From assembly GCA_963758295.1 (NCBI GenBank), contig CAVWUU010000004.1:928001-992000 (forward strand): a DNA stretch of 64,000 bases, written 5' to 3'. The first letter of the stretch is position 1. Each line of letters opens with the position of its first letter. Below, in pieces: positions 54,226 to 64,000 of the stretch. The DNA is from Candidatus Eremiobacteria bacterium. Its GTDB lineage: Bacteria; Vulcanimicrobiota; Vulcanimicrobiia; Vulcanimicrobiales; Vulcanimicrobiaceae. Below the pieces are notes generated by a model that searched no databases, had not been told where the DNA came from, and worked only from the letters and a program-made list of their open reading frames with translations. Made by a program: the position numbers and the translations under genes.

Positions 54226-54313
54226 GGGTCTACCTCCGGGAAGCTGTTACTGCCATCCTTCCCCTACCCACCGCACGGGCGGGTGGCGCTAGGCTGCTAA
54301 AAAATCGGCAGCG

Positions 54314-54904
54314 GTGGGTATCCAAGTCACCGTGCAACAAGAGGATACCCCTTCAAAACCTTTCATCGTCGGCTTGATGGGCCATGCGTATGCAAGTGAC
54401 AACCCGCCGGCCTGGTGGAGAACCTTTGTATTCCGCGTTTTGACCGGTCGTCAGCTGAGCGTCTTCCTTTATCTCTTAACGTGTATGGCAGCTCACGACG
54501 AGTGCAGCCCGACGACCGAAGAGATTCGTTCCTTCGTGGGCCTGAACCGGCCGAACATGGTGTTCGAGGCACTCGACACGCTGGACGATTACGGCTTCAT
54601 CGTGCGCCACCGCCGCGTGCTGCCTGGCTCGAGCGGCCGCCGGAACCTCTATCAACGCCCGCCCTGGGAGTACACGATTCTACGCTTGATGCAGTTGGGA
54701 ATTCTGGACGAACGCCTGCGCGTGCGACACTTGGAATCAACGTACACGCCGGAGATCATGCACGAACTGGACGCAGCGGTGCGCGGCTTGTTGGGGGATC
54801 GTTACGAGAAGTATCTCTCGGACGACGACGCGGGGCGCCGCAAAGTGCTGATGGCGGCGCTCGCCGCAAAATCACAGGACCACCCGCACCTGCGGCCGGT
54901 CTAG
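54314..54904 (+). CDS. Winged-helix-like hypothetical protein
   Basis: LSVFLYL..SPTTEEIR..VFEALDTLDDYGFI..RNLY. Confidence 0.65.
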   Translation: MGIQVTVQQEDTPSKPFIVGLMGHAYASDNPPAWWRTFVFRVLTGRQLSVFLYLLTCMAAHDECSPTTEEIRSFVGLNRPNMVFEALDTLDDYGFIVRHRRVLPGSSGRRNLYQRPPWEYTILRLMQLGILDERLRVRHLESTYTPEIMHELDAAVRGLLGDRYEKYLSDDDAGRRKVLMAALAAKSQDHPHLRPV

Positions 54905-55821
54905 ATATCTTCCTGATCGCGTTGTTGCAACAAGTAGCCGAGAAGCAAATCGCTGCTCGTTGCAACGGCGCGATCTTTCGTTAAGATGTCGAGAATTGTT
55001 TCGATGATGATGATCCCCGCCGGCAAAATGTCCGCGCGCTGCGGATTCATGCCGGGGACGTCTTTTCGACGTTCGTAGACAAGCGCGCAGAGGATCGAGA
55101 GCGCGTGTTCGAGATCCTTGCGCGTTAGATCGAAGCGTTCGATGCCGCTGGTTCCACCGACGACCGACGCGGCCGTCATAGCGGAACCCCCAACGATCGC
55201 GAGTTTATCGACGGAACGGAAGTGCGCGACCGGTTCCAATGCTTCACGAGCGTATTCGCGCGCCCGGTCTACTACGACCGATGCAATGGCGCCGTCGTGA
55301 CCGGCGAGTTCCGGTACGCGCTCCGTTAGACGCACCGCTCCAATCTCGCAAGACACCGTTCTCTCGGCATGAGCACCGCGGCCGATCGCATATTCTGTGC
55401 TGCCGCCGCCGGTGTCTACGACGCCGACTTCCCGCCCGTGAAGATGTCCGAATTCGCTGATCGCTCCACGATACGACGCTTGCGCTTCTTCGTGGCCGGA
55501 AAGGACCCGCAGCTTCGCTCCCGTGATGCGTTTGATGGCGTCCGCAAAGGCTTCGCCGTTCTCGGCGCGCCGGACGGCCGAGGTTGCAATTACCGAGAGG
55601 CGATCGTACTGTCCGCGAATCTTTTCAAAGTGCGACTCAACGGCGTCCAACGTCCGGCGCATCGGCTCTTCGCCCAACAGGCCGCTATCGTGCAGTCCCT
55701 CACCGACGCGCGTGCCGGTCGCGTTCGCAAGAACCGTACGCGGGCGATCCCCCGAAAGATCGGCGACTAACACGCGGGTGGAGTTGGTGCCGATGGAAAT
55801 AACGGCATCCTGTCGACTCAT
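54901..55821 (-). CDS. Ppx/GppA family phosphatase
   Basis: SIGTNSTR, IATSAVRRAEN, LSGHEEA, DTGGGSTE, RADILPAG. Confidence 0.92.
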   Translation of the reverse strand: MSRQDAVISIGTNSTRVLVADLSGDRPRTVLANATGTRVGEGLHDSGLLGEEPMRRTLDAVESHFEKIRGQYDRLSVIATSAVRRAENGEAFADAIKRITGAKLRVLSGHEEAQASYRGAISEFGHLHGREVGVVDTGGGSTEYAIGRGAHAERTVSCEIGAVRLTERVPELAGHDGAIASVVVDRAREYAREALEPVAHFRSVDKLAIVGGSAMTAASVVGGTSGIERFDLTRKDLEHALSILCALVYERRKDVPGMNPQRADILPAGIIIIETILDILTKDRAVATSSDLLLGYLLQQRDQEDI

Positions 55822-55830
55822 CCGATGCCC

Positions 55831-56193
55831 TCACTGCTCGCTGTGTTTAGACTCGTATAGCGCGGCGCGTTTCTTCTTTTTTAGGAAATGGCGCTCAGCG
55901 GAAGGCACGCCGTCGGCATCGGCATCCCATGTTTCGGTGCTTCGCATATACTGCGCGATCTGTTCGTCGAGTACTTCGTCACGAATCTGCGGGGCGATCG
56001 TCACCATTGGTCGCCGCTCACCGGGATGCCGCACGAACATCAAGCGTTTATGGGCCGTAATGCCCCGTTCGTATTCCAGGCGATGCGCCTCAACGTCGCC
56101 GGCGGGGGCACTGGCGAGTTCGCCCGATTCCAGGCGCACCGTTGCGCCGTACGCGTTGACGTTGATAACGAAACCGTAGACGGGATCGTTCAC
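55831..56193 (-). CDS. Degenerate S1-domain protein (YabR-like)
   Basis: GFVINVNAYGATVRL; position between divIC and ppx. Confidence 0.55.
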   Translation of the reverse strand: MNDPVYGFVINVNAYGATVRLESGELASAPAGDVEAHRLEYERGITAHKRLMFVRHPGERRPMVTIAPQIRDEVLDEQIAQYMRSTETWDADADGVPSAERHFLKKKKRAALYESKHSEQ

Positions 56194-56522
56194 GGAGCGA
56201 TTGTTGGCGCAGCCGATGGGGCGGGACTAACGAAGATGATCGCTTCGTTCGGCGCAACTAGGCGCAGGCGGTCGTGAATTTCCGGGATGGTTCCATCGGG
56301 CGATTCCAACCGGCGCAATTCGCGCAACTGATGTTCGCGATGCGCATGCAGCGCGCTGATATCCGATTCGGTCGTGGAAAGCTCGCGTGCGAGCGCGACG
56401 TTTTGATTGACGACGCGCGCAAATTGCACGGTGACGAGCGTAAAAACGAGAAGCGCAACGAGAGCCGCAGTTATACGTCCGGCGAGGGATACAAACAGCG
56501 GAGCACGCGTGCGCTTTTTCAC
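56190..56522 (-). CDS. Septum formation initiator (FtsB/DivIC family)
   Basis: TM, coiled coil, then IHDRLRLVAPNEAII. Confidence 0.8.
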   Translation of the reverse strand: MKKRTRAPLFVSLAGRITAALVALLVFTLVTVQFARVVNQNVALARELSTTESDISALHAHREHQLRELRRLESPDGTIPEIHDRLRLVAPNEAIIFVSPAPSAAPTIAP

Positions 56523-56529
56523 GTGCCTT

Positions 56530-57498
56530 TTAGATCGCTTCCCGGCGCTGGTTTTGCCATGCGCCTAGCCGCCGATACTTCGAATAGCGCGCCTCCTGCA
56601 ACGCATCCGGCGTGAATGCCGAAAGCCGTTGCAATGAGGACCGGATTGCATCTAACACTTTTGCGATCGTGGCCGAACTTTCGCGATGCGCACCGCCGAG
56701 CGGTTCGGGAACGATTTCGTCGATAATTCCGAAGCGCTCCAGGTCCTCAGCGGTAAGTTTCAACCGCGCTGCCGCCTCTTCCGCCTTTGCCGCGTCACCC
56801 CACAGAATCGCGGCGCAGCCTTCGGGCGAAGCAACGGAGTACACCGAGTGCTCCAGCATGATGACGTGGTCGGCAATCCCAAGGGCAAGCGCGCCGCCGG
56901 AGCCGCCTTCACCGATGATCGTCGCGATGATCGGGACCCGCGCTTCCGTGAATTCGTAGAGGCAGCTTGCGATCGCCTCGGATTGCGCGTGCTCTTCCGA
57001 CGTGATGCCGGGATCGGCGCCCTTGGTGTCCACGAACGTAATTATCGGCACGCCGAGGCGAGAAGCCATATGTGCCAGACGCTTTACTTTCCGATAACCC
57101 TCGGGCGTTACCATTCCGAAGTTGCGGCGCAGGTTTTCTTTCGTATCGCGGCCGCGCTGTTGCGCGATCGCCATCACCGGCCGCCCCGCCAGCAGGGCGA
57201 AGCCGCCGACAATCGCGGGATCGTCGCGCATGAACCGGTCGCCGTGGAGTTCGTCGAACCGGTCGAGCTGCGAGATGTAATCGAGCGAGGTCGGCCGGTT
57301 GGGATGGCGCGCCATGTGCACCTTCTCCCACGGCGTTAGCGATCCAAAGACCTCGCGAAGTATCTCTTGATACTTCTGCTCGAGGCCGGTAATTTCGACC
57401 GACATGTCCACCGGCTGGCTCGCGTTGACGGCGCGCAGTTCGGCGATGCGGCGCTCGAGTTCTAAGAGACCCTTCTCGCGTTCGACGATCACGTTCAT
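56530..57498 (-). CDS. accA: Acetyl-CoA carboxylase carboxyltransferase alpha
   Basis: ARHPNRP, ELHGDR, RNFGM.PEGYRK, IGEGGSGGALA, YSVASPEGCAAILW. Confidence 0.96.
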   Translation of the reverse strand: MNVIVEREKGLLELERRIAELRAVNASQPVDMSVEITGLEQKYQEILREVFGSLTPWEKVHMARHPNRPTSLDYISQLDRFDELHGDRFMRDDPAIVGGFALLAGRPVMAIAQQRGRDTKENLRRNFGMVTPEGYRKVKRLAHMASRLGVPIITFVDTKGADPGITSEEHAQSEAIASCLYEFTEARVPIIATIIGEGGSGGALALGIADHVIMLEHSVYSVASPEGCAAILWGDAAKAEEAAARLKLTAEDLERFGIIDEIVPEPLGGAHRESSATIAKVLDAIRSSLQRLSAFTPDALQEARYSKYRRLGAWQNQRREAI

Positions 57499-58346
57499 GC
57501 GAGCACCTTCACGGATCCGCCGACGTATTCCAACAGGCGCACGATCGTAGCTTTGAGCTCGTGGCGGTCGACGACCATATCGATGTGTCCCTTCTCGAGC
57601 AGAAATTCCGCCGTTTGGAACTGATCGGGGAGTTTCTGACGGATGGTCTGCTCGATCACGCGGCGGCCCGCGAAGCCGATCATCGCGCGAGGTTCGGAAA
57701 TGATGACGTCGGACTCGAAGGCGAAGGACGCCGAAACGCCGCCCGTCGTCGGATCGGTAAGGACGGTCACGAACATGTTCCCGTCGCGCATGAAGCGATT
57801 CACGGCGGCGGTGGTCTTGGCCATCTGCATGAGCGCGTACATGCCTTCTTCCATGCGGGCGCCGCCCGAAGCGGTGAAGATGATGCACGGGATGGCGCGT
57901 TTCTGCGCTTCTTCTAAGAGTAAGGTTATGCGCTCGCCCACGACGGTGCCCATCGTGCCGCCGCGGAAGTGGAAGTCCATCACGCCGAGCGCGACTTCAT
58001 GGCCACCGATCTGTCCCAGGCCGCAGACCACGCCTTCGGACATGCCGCTCTTCTCTTTGTCGCCCGCAATCTTTACCGGATACGTCTTCTTGTCCACCCA
58101 GCCGAGCGGGTCTCCCGGCTGCACGTCTGCGCCGATCTCAACAAAATCGCCGTCGATCAACGAACTGATGCGGTCGTACGCCGCCATGCGGAAATGGTGG
58201 CCGCACTTCGTGCAGACGTAAAGATTTGCGGCGAGGTCGCGCCGGTACAGCACCTCGCTGCACTTGGGACACTTGCTCCAAAGTGCGGCATCGCGGGCGT
58301 CGGCGTTCTTGCTGCGACGGATGCGCAGCCATTCAGGAACGGCCAC
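57495..58346 (-). CDS. accD: Acetyl-CoA carboxylase carboxyltransferase beta
   Basis: WSKCPKC..CTKCGHH zinc finger, GGTMGTVVGE, SGGARMEEG, PTTGGVSASFA, GFAGRRVIEQT. Confidence 0.96.
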   Translation of the reverse strand: MAVPEWLRIRRSKNADARDAALWSKCPKCSEVLYRRDLAANLYVCTKCGHHFRMAAYDRISSLIDGDFVEIGADVQPGDPLGWVDKKTYPVKIAGDKEKSGMSEGVVCGLGQIGGHEVALGVMDFHFRGGTMGTVVGERITLLLEEAQKRAIPCIIFTASGGARMEEGMYALMQMAKTTAAVNRFMRDGNMFVTVLTDPTTGGVSASFAFESDVIISEPRAMIGFAGRRVIEQTIRQKLPDQFQTAEFLLEKGHIDMVVDRHELKATIVRLLEYVGGSVKVLA

Positions 58347-58352
58347 GGCGGC

Positions 58353-59069
58353 CTAACTCTTTCCCGGAAAGAGCCGCGCGCTGTAGAGCTTGCGCAGCTG
58401 CTTTAGATAGTTGAAGATTTCTTTTTGATTTAGCTTCGACTCGCCAACGATGCGGTCGGTGAACACGTATGGCACCTCGAGGGCACGGCCGTATTTGGCT
58501 TTCGCGACCACCTCCAGACCAATCTTAAATCCGATCGGGTCCAGTTCCACGCCATCGAGCGCTTCGCGTTTCACCAAGAAGTAGCCGCTGGTGATATCTT
58601 TTACGTTGGTCAGCGGGCGGGCCAGCCAGCAGGCCACTTTAGAGGTCACGATTCGCTTAGCCGGCCAATTGGTTATGCCGCCCCCTTTAACATAGCGACT
58701 GCCGATAGCCAGCCCATACTGCCCCGAGGCGAGCGCCTGCACCATTTGCGGCAAGATCTTGAGGTCGTGGCTGAAGTCGGCATCCATCGCGCCGAGCGCT
58801 TTCGATTCGGGACGCGCGTACTTCCAGCCGTCGATGACGCCGCTCGAAAGACCCAGCTTCCCGGGACGATGCAGGCACCGCACGGGTAGTTCCGGCGAAA
58901 GACGGTCTACGATAGCTCCCGTTCCGTCCGGCGAGTTGTCGTCAACGACGATAATTTCGCCGTCGAGGCCGTTCTTTTTGAAGAGTTCATCGAGCCCACG
59001 GAGCAGACGCTCGATACCGCCGGCTTCGTTATAGGTCGGAATGACGATGGAAAACGGGAAACTACTCAT
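58353..59069 (-). CDS. Polyprenol monophosphomannose synthase-like GT2
   Basis: SIVIPTYNE, VVDDNSPDGT, MDADFSHD, IGSRYV.GG, DR..GESK. Confidence 0.92.
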   Translation of the reverse strand: MSSFPFSIVIPTYNEAGGIERLLRGLDELFKKNGLDGEIIVVDDNSPDGTGAIVDRLSPELPVRCLHRPGKLGLSSGVIDGWKYARPESKALGAMDADFSHDLKILPQMVQALASGQYGLAIGSRYVKGGGITNWPAKRIVTSKVACWLARPLTNVKDITSGYFLVKREALDGVELDPIGFKIGLEVVAKAKYGRALEVPYVFTDRIVGESKLNQKEIFNYLKQLRKLYSARLFPGKS

Positions 59070-59124
59070 CTTCAATCGGCGCTATTACGACGGAAGGGAG
59101 CCGGTTTCCTGATACGTTGGAACG

Positions 59125-59769
59125 TTAAACCAAGCCGGTCCGCATCGCGCGAATCACGAGCTGCGTACGTGCGTTCACCCGCATCTTCGCGAAGATCTTC
59201 GAAACGTGGTTCTTCACGGTCTTATCCGAAAGGATGAGCCGCTGGCCGATTTCCTTGTTCGAAAGTCCCTCGACGATCAGGCGCACGATTTGGAGTTCAC
59301 GCGGGGAGAGCTCGTTGACGTCGCCACGAGTCCGCGTAGCGCGCTGGCGCAACAGCGCTCCCGCGAGGCGGCCGTCGGCATGAAACCCGTCGCTCACGAT
59401 CGTGCGGATCGCGCGGATGAGGTCGGCCGGCGACGTGTCCTTCACAACATAGCCGTCGGCGCCCGCCGCGATCGCGCGGAGCATCAGCTCGCTGCTCAGG
59501 TGCGAGGAGATCACACAGATCTTCGTGCGGCGGCTAGCCGTATGACACTGCGAAATGAGCAGCTCCAATTCGGCGAGGTGATCGTCCAAATCCAACACGG
59601 CGACGTCGGCGGCGGCATTCCGGAACTCCTCGGGATCGAACGTGCGCGAATCGGCGACTTGAAATTCGCCGTCTTGCGACAACACGGTGCTGATCGCTTT
59701 TGCAAGCAATACTTGCGGTTCGATGATATACACGGCCAGATTCCCGAGGCCGGTCGCCTGCGTATTCAT
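59125..59769 (-). CDS. NarL/LuxR family response regulator
   Basis: Receiver (VLDLD, AGADGYVVK) plus LSPRE..GLSNKEIG..TVKNHV. Confidence 0.92.
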   Translation of the reverse strand: MNTQATGLGNLAVYIIEPQVLLAKAISTVLSQDGEFQVADSRTFDPEEFRNAAADVAVLDLDDHLAELELLISQCHTASRRTKICVISSHLSSELMLRAIAAGADGYVVKDTSPADLIRAIRTIVSDGFHADGRLAGALLRQRATRTRGDVNELSPRELQIVRLIVEGLSNKEIGQRLILSDKTVKNHVSKIFAKMRVNARTQLVIRAMRTGLV

Positions 59770-59803
59770 AGGTTAACGGTATCCGAACGATGAGCCGTGC
59801 GCA

Positions 59804-60760
59804 CTACCCACTTTGGTGGATATTTCGCGTTTCGATAGGCTGTGAGGGATAGGGCAGAGCAAATTGTCCGAGCGGTACTACCTCGAAGTTTTTCGCGAGC
59901 GTCCGGAGCGAACGTTCGACGATCGATAGTTTCAATCCGAGATCCAAGTTCATAGCGGGGAAAAACGCCAGCTCCGGGCACTCGTTTCCGCTCAGAAAAT
60001 CCAGCGGATGCAAGAGAATCGAAGGCTCCGTGCGCGTGGCGCGGCAGAGCGCAATCGCGGTATTGAAATACGCCCTCGCAAGTCCCGGTGAAATCGTAGC
60101 GGCGTAGAGGACATAACTGATGTGAATCGGCAGCCGCGAAAGCGGCATCGTCGTCACCGGAATTTCCACTATCGAACTGCCGTTCGCGCGAACGCGATGC
60201 TGCCTGTTCGGTTGAAATCCGTCACTGAAGTGGCCGAAGAGGTCCTCACGGTCCCGCATCTCGTCCTTCGAGAGGTGCGTGCTCCGAAAATAGTACGCTC
60301 TCGCCAAGGGCCCAATGAACGTCGGAAGCGTCGAAGCATCGTATAAATAGCCGCGCCGCGCGAGAATGCTCAGAATCGCCGGCGAACAAGTAAATCCCGG
60401 TCCGCGAAATCCGTGCGGACGGCACCCCGTCGCCGCTTCGATACTTTCTTCGGCCCGCGCGAATTCTTCGTCGATCGACTCTTCGCTGTGGCGGTGCATC
60501 CACGGCTCGTGATGGAAGGAATGATTGCCGATTTCATGGCCGCGCCGCGATAGCTCATGCAGCATGTCGCGGTTGGACGCCAACGCGGCGTCTTGCCCAA
60601 CCACGAAAAACGTGATGCGAAGATTCAGGCGATCCAGGAAATCCAACACCCGGGGAACGAGCACATCGAGATAGGACGGGAACGACTCCCACCCCGCGCC
60701 GCCGTGCGTCTTCATATAAGACCACTTGTTGTCGATATCGAGTGACAGCGCTGCCTTCAT
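59804..60760 (-). CDS. Polysaccharide deacetylase
   Basis: LSLDID, TFFVVG, GHEIGNHSFHH, GFRGPGF, YDAS. Confidence 0.9.
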   Translation of the reverse strand: MKAALSLDIDNKWSYMKTHGGAGWESFPSYLDVLVPRVLDFLDRLNLRITFFVVGQDAALASNRDMLHELSRRGHEIGNHSFHHEPWMHRHSEESIDEEFARAEESIEAATGCRPHGFRGPGFTCSPAILSILARRGYLYDASTLPTFIGPLARAYYFRSTHLSKDEMRDREDLFGHFSDGFQPNRQHRVRANGSSIVEIPVTTMPLSRLPIHISYVLYAATISPGLARAYFNTAIALCRATRTEPSILLHPLDFLSGNECPELAFFPAMNLDLGLKLSIVERSLRTLAKNFEVVPLGQFALPYPSQPIETRNIHQSG

Positions 60761-62085
60761 ACGGTCGTCGCCTGCAGATGCGGGGCAACGCCGCGGGTCA
60801 CCGTAGTGAACACCGCGTTCGCCAGTTTAACCGTTTCGTTCACGTTTAGCGTTCCATTGACGATGTGTGCGCTGTTGACGAGATAAAGACCGGGCATGCT
60901 CGTCGCAACGGGAGGCAGCCGATCGGAATAATTTAACGTCGGAACCGGGAAAACGTAGGGAACTCGGGAGACTCGAAACGCGCGAATCGAGCCTCGCGAA
61001 AATCCACGATGCATTCGCTCGAGCGCGGAAACGAACGTTTCTTCAACCTGCTCGTCGCTCGCGATGTACGCGGGGTCGTCCGGAGTGACGTACTTCGGCA
61101 AATACACGAGCGACTTTCCGCGAAACGCTTCGCGATCCACGATTGCCGTCATTTCGATCACCGCGGTAAAGGGAATCGATGCGTCGGCAATGTTCGTAAT
61201 GTAGTAAGGCGTGATCGGCTCGTCGAGCAGCAGCGACGCGCAAACGATACCTTGATATTCGATCCCCGAAGCTAAGCCTAGTTCCGTTCGGTTTAACGTC
61301 GGACAAATGCGAGCGGCGAGGGGCGATGCCAGCGTCACGATCGCGCGGTCGAATCGCTCGAGACCCGAGGCGGCGGCTACGCGAAAGCCGCCTTGTGCCT
61401 CGGGCTCGATCGCCTCGATACGGGCGTTGAAGCGAACGTCAACACCAAGTTCGCTTAGTCGCCGTTCGAATCGGCGGAGAATGCGCGCATATCCTCCGCG
61501 GACGTAGCCGAACATCTCTTGCTTCATGCCGGTCCGCCGCGCCGCATACATGCGCGCAATGATCGCCCAGATAAACGCCGCAGAAGCCCGCTCTGCATAA
61601 GTGCCGAGTTTGGCTCGCAATAGCGGCAGCCACACCTTCTCAACGGTTTTACGCCCGCATTGCTGCGTAAGCCACTCGACCGCGGTAAGCCGTTCGAGCG
61701 GCTTCCAATCTTCAATGCGAGACGCGCGATAGATTGTCGCTGCAAGTCGCGCCTTTTGAACGGGCGACAACGCGGGAAACCGCGCATAGTCCAATACGGA
61801 AGAGAACGGGTGCATTTCTCCGTCGATGAAGAACCCCGTCTTCGTCGTTACCCATTGCAAAGCGTCGGAAAGTCCCAGCTCCGTCAACAGCTCGCGAAGC
61901 GCGAGATCGGAGGCAAGCGTGACGTGATAGTGGCGGTCCCAAACGACGTTGCCCAATTCCCATGGCGCTGCAAGTCCGCCGGAGTGCGATGCGGCTTCGA
62001 ACACCGTCACCGAATGACCGGCCTTCGCCAGCTTCAGTGCAAGCGTCATGCCGAGCATGCCGGCGCCCACAATCGCAAAACGCAT
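60757..62085 (-). CDS. FAD-dependent oxidoreductase (amine/protoporphyrinogen oxidase-like)
   Basis: IVGAGMLG..VFEA..GGLA..WDRHYH. Confidence 0.85.
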   Translation of the reverse strand: MRFAIVGAGMLGMTLALKLAKAGHSVTVFEAASHSGGLAAPWELGNVVWDRHYHVTLASDLALRELLTELGLSDALQWVTTKTGFFIDGEMHPFSSVLDYARFPALSPVQKARLAATIYRASRIEDWKPLERLTAVEWLTQQCGRKTVEKVWLPLLRAKLGTYAERASAAFIWAIIARMYAARRTGMKQEMFGYVRGGYARILRRFERRLSELGVDVRFNARIEAIEPEAQGGFRVAAASGLERFDRAIVTLASPLAARICPTLNRTELGLASGIEYQGIVCASLLLDEPITPYYITNIADASIPFTAVIEMTAIVDREAFRGKSLVYLPKYVTPDDPAYIASDEQVEETFVSALERMHRGFSRGSIRAFRVSRVPYVFPVPTLNYSDRLPPVATSMPGLYLVNSAHIVNGTLNVNETVKLANAVFTTVTRGVAPHLQATTV

Positions 62086-62086
62086 G

Positions 62087-62710
62087 TTAGTGCGCTACTG
62101 CGGCAAGTTGTTTTACCGTCAGCCGGTCGATCGAGTAACGCGCGTGGCATTCATGGCAAGAGACCTCTGCCGGTCCCTCGACGATGCCGGGCCCCGCACC
62201 CGTAAGCGGATATCCGCACGCGCAGACATAGCCGACCGCACGCGCCGGATTCCCGACGACGAGAACGTAATCCGGAACGTCGCGCGTGACGACCGAACCC
62301 ATACCTACCATCGCAAAACGGCCGATCGTAAGATTGCAGCCGATCGTGGACTGCGCGCCGATCGTCGCGCCTTCGCGCACCCGCGTCGGCAAAGTCTTCT
62401 CGTCGGGATCCGACGGCAATAAATGCATCAGATCCGGAGTGGTCGCACGTGGGAAGCGGTCGTTCGTGAAGACGGTGCCTGCCGCAATCATTACGCCGCG
62501 TTCGATCGTCACGTCGGTGCAGATGTACACGAACGCATTGATTTTCACGCGGTCGGCGATCGACACGCCGTACGCGATGTAGGTTTTCTCGCCGATGATG
62601 CAGTCTTCGCCGATTCGGGTCGAACAGCGAATGTGGACGTTGTCCCACACGGCGGTGTTCCGGCCGATCGTCACGTCGGGCTCGATGAGGGCGGTTGGGT
62701 GAACGGCCAT
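62087..62710 (-). CDS. Hexapeptide-repeat N-acetyltransferase (WbpD-like)
   Basis: VHPTALIE, VFTNDRFPR, GATIGA, VTRDVP..VVGNPAR. Confidence 0.9.
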   Translation of the reverse strand: MAVHPTALIEPDVTIGRNTAVWDNVHIRCSTRIGEDCIIGEKTYIAYGVSIADRVKINAFVYICTDVTIERGVMIAAGTVFTNDRFPRATTPDLMHLLPSDPDEKTLPTRVREGATIGAQSTIGCNLTIGRFAMVGMGSVVTRDVPDYVLVVGNPARAVGYVCACGYPLTGAGPGIVEGPAEVSCHECHARYSIDRLTVKQLAAVAH

Positions 62711-62711
62711 G

Positions 62712-63752
62712 TTAGGATGCCTCCACGGGCGCGGGCTCATCGAGTGGGACGATGTCGAAGTCGCTCAGCTGGCCTTCAATGCGCTGCCAGCGCGCGTCTT
62801 CGAGCGCGGCATACGCGGCTTGGATCACTTCGACCGAAGCAAGGGCATCGCGCGGGCTGATGATGAGTTCACCCTGGCCCGTAATCGCATCGCAGAAGTT
62901 TTCGATCTGAGCCGTGAAGGCTTGTACCTTGTCGTAACCGTTGCCGAACACGTGCCACTCCGGCTCGTCGCGCCGGCGGTACTTCGACTCGCGCCAGCCG
63001 ACCAGAATTGTGCCTTCACTGCCGTAAATCCGGAGGAACGTTTCGAGTTCTTTGTCGATGCTCCAGGAGAGATCCGATGCTCCCATGATGCCTTCGTCGT
63101 TGTGGACGAAGAGGCGAACCGTATCTTCGACGGCGAGACCCTGCATGCGGCGGCCTTCAACGATTTGAATATCGCGCAGATTTCCTAGGAAATAGCGTAG
63201 GATGTCGACCGCGTGAGTGCCGTTGTCGATGAGCACGCCGCCGCCGCTGATGGCCGCGTCAGAATTCCAGCGGTTTTGCATTTCGACGTGCGAAGTAAAC
63301 GCGTTCTCAACAAACACGACTTCACCGATGACGCCTTCCCCGATCAAGTCGCGCGCTTTGCGGACATCGGCGACGTAGCGGAACTTGGACGCCATCGTCA
63401 ATAAGGCGTTGTTGCGCCGCGCCGTCGCAAGCATACGTCGCGCGGCGTCTTCACTGGTCGCCAGCGGCTTTTCACACAGGACATGGCGGCCGCTTTGCAA
63501 CAAGCGGCACGCGATGTCTTCATGGTAGGCCGGCGGCGTACAGACGACGGCAGCGTGGAAGTGTTCGTTCGCGAGCAAACCCTCGAGCGATCGATAGGCC
63601 TCGCAGCCGATTCGGCCGGCAAACTCCCGCGCGGCGTTCTGCCGCACGTCGCAAACGGCCGTGATTTGGGCGCGTTCGGTGGCGGTAAAGGCCGCCTCAT
63701 ACGCGCGGGCAATCGCGCCCGTGCCGATCAGGGCAAACCGCAACGCACTCAT
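62712..63752 (-). CDS. Gfo/Idh/MocA oxidoreductase
   Basis: IGTGAIA, HVLCEKP, GGGVLIDNGTH. Confidence 0.9.
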   Translation of the reverse strand: MSALRFALIGTGAIARAYEAAFTATERAQITAVCDVRQNAAREFAGRIGCEAYRSLEGLLANEHFHAAVVCTPPAYHEDIACRLLQSGRHVLCEKPLATSEDAARRMLATARRNNALLTMASKFRYVADVRKARDLIGEGVIGEVVFVENAFTSHVEMQNRWNSDAAISGGGVLIDNGTHAVDILRYFLGNLRDIQIVEGRRMQGLAVEDTVRLFVHNDEGIMGASDLSWSIDKELETFLRIYGSEGTILVGWRESKYRRRDEPEWHVFGNGYDKVQAFTAQIENFCDAITGQGELIISPRDALASVEVIQAAYAALEDARWQRIEGQLSDFDIVPLDEPAPVEAS

Positions 63753-64000
63753 GCGGGTACCGCTCCTTCGCGGAGCGCTTTCGCAGCCCACTTGAACGCG
63801 TCCGCAATATACTCGACGTCGTCTTCCGTATACCGGTCGTTCCACGGCACCACCAGAACGCGTTCGAGCGCTTCAACCGTTCCGGGATAGTGGTCGAGGT
63901 CGTAATCGAGTGCTTCGCGACGCGCGACGCTGAACGGAAATTCGCTCTTTCCGAACGTACGACGCTTCTGAAAGACTTCGCACATAAAGGCGGGCTTCTG
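63749..64000 (-). CDS. DegT/DnrJ/EryC1/StrS aminotransferase, C-terminal fragment
   Basis: YPGTVEALERVLVVPWNDRYTEDDVEYIA; operon context; start outside window. Confidence 0.65.
   Translation of the reverse strand, partial: QKPAFMCEVFQKRRTFGKSEFPFSVARREALDYDLDHYPGTVEALERVLVVPWNDRYTEDDVEYIADAFKWAAKALREGAVPA

Overview
64 kb of GC-rich bacterial chromosome. The mix of diderm markers (two TonB-dependent receptors, ADP-heptose epimerase) with Firmicutes-like gene orders (ymdB-spoVS-PHP; divIC-S1/YabR-ppx) and many 'C-GGG' lipoproteins suggests a diderm Terrabacterium such as Eremiobacterota/Vulcanimicrobiota (inference only). Many genes, including metK and ahcY, carry single-base frameshifts that look like long-read indel errors, so those coordinates are reconstructed. 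Contents: a surface-lipoprotein/tail-collar operon, a CVNH-like lectin, a glycoside hydrolase, an accessory islet with TA modules at tRNA-Asn, ahcY-metK with an SAH-riboswitch-like leader, a metal-homeostasis region (two TBDRs, NRAMP, SCO, TlpA/MauE), an ECF sigma/anti-sigma/RseB operon, etfBA, a second islet at a tRNA-Leu(UAA) interrupted by a 251-nt group I intron, accDA and the end of an amino-sugar cluster. Best candidate for a new system: two convergent operons, each a His-bearing multi-TM leader ORF ending in an R-P-P-P ribosome-arrest-like motif about 50 nt upstream of a TonB-dependent receptor. This may be metal-sensing nascent-peptide attenuation.
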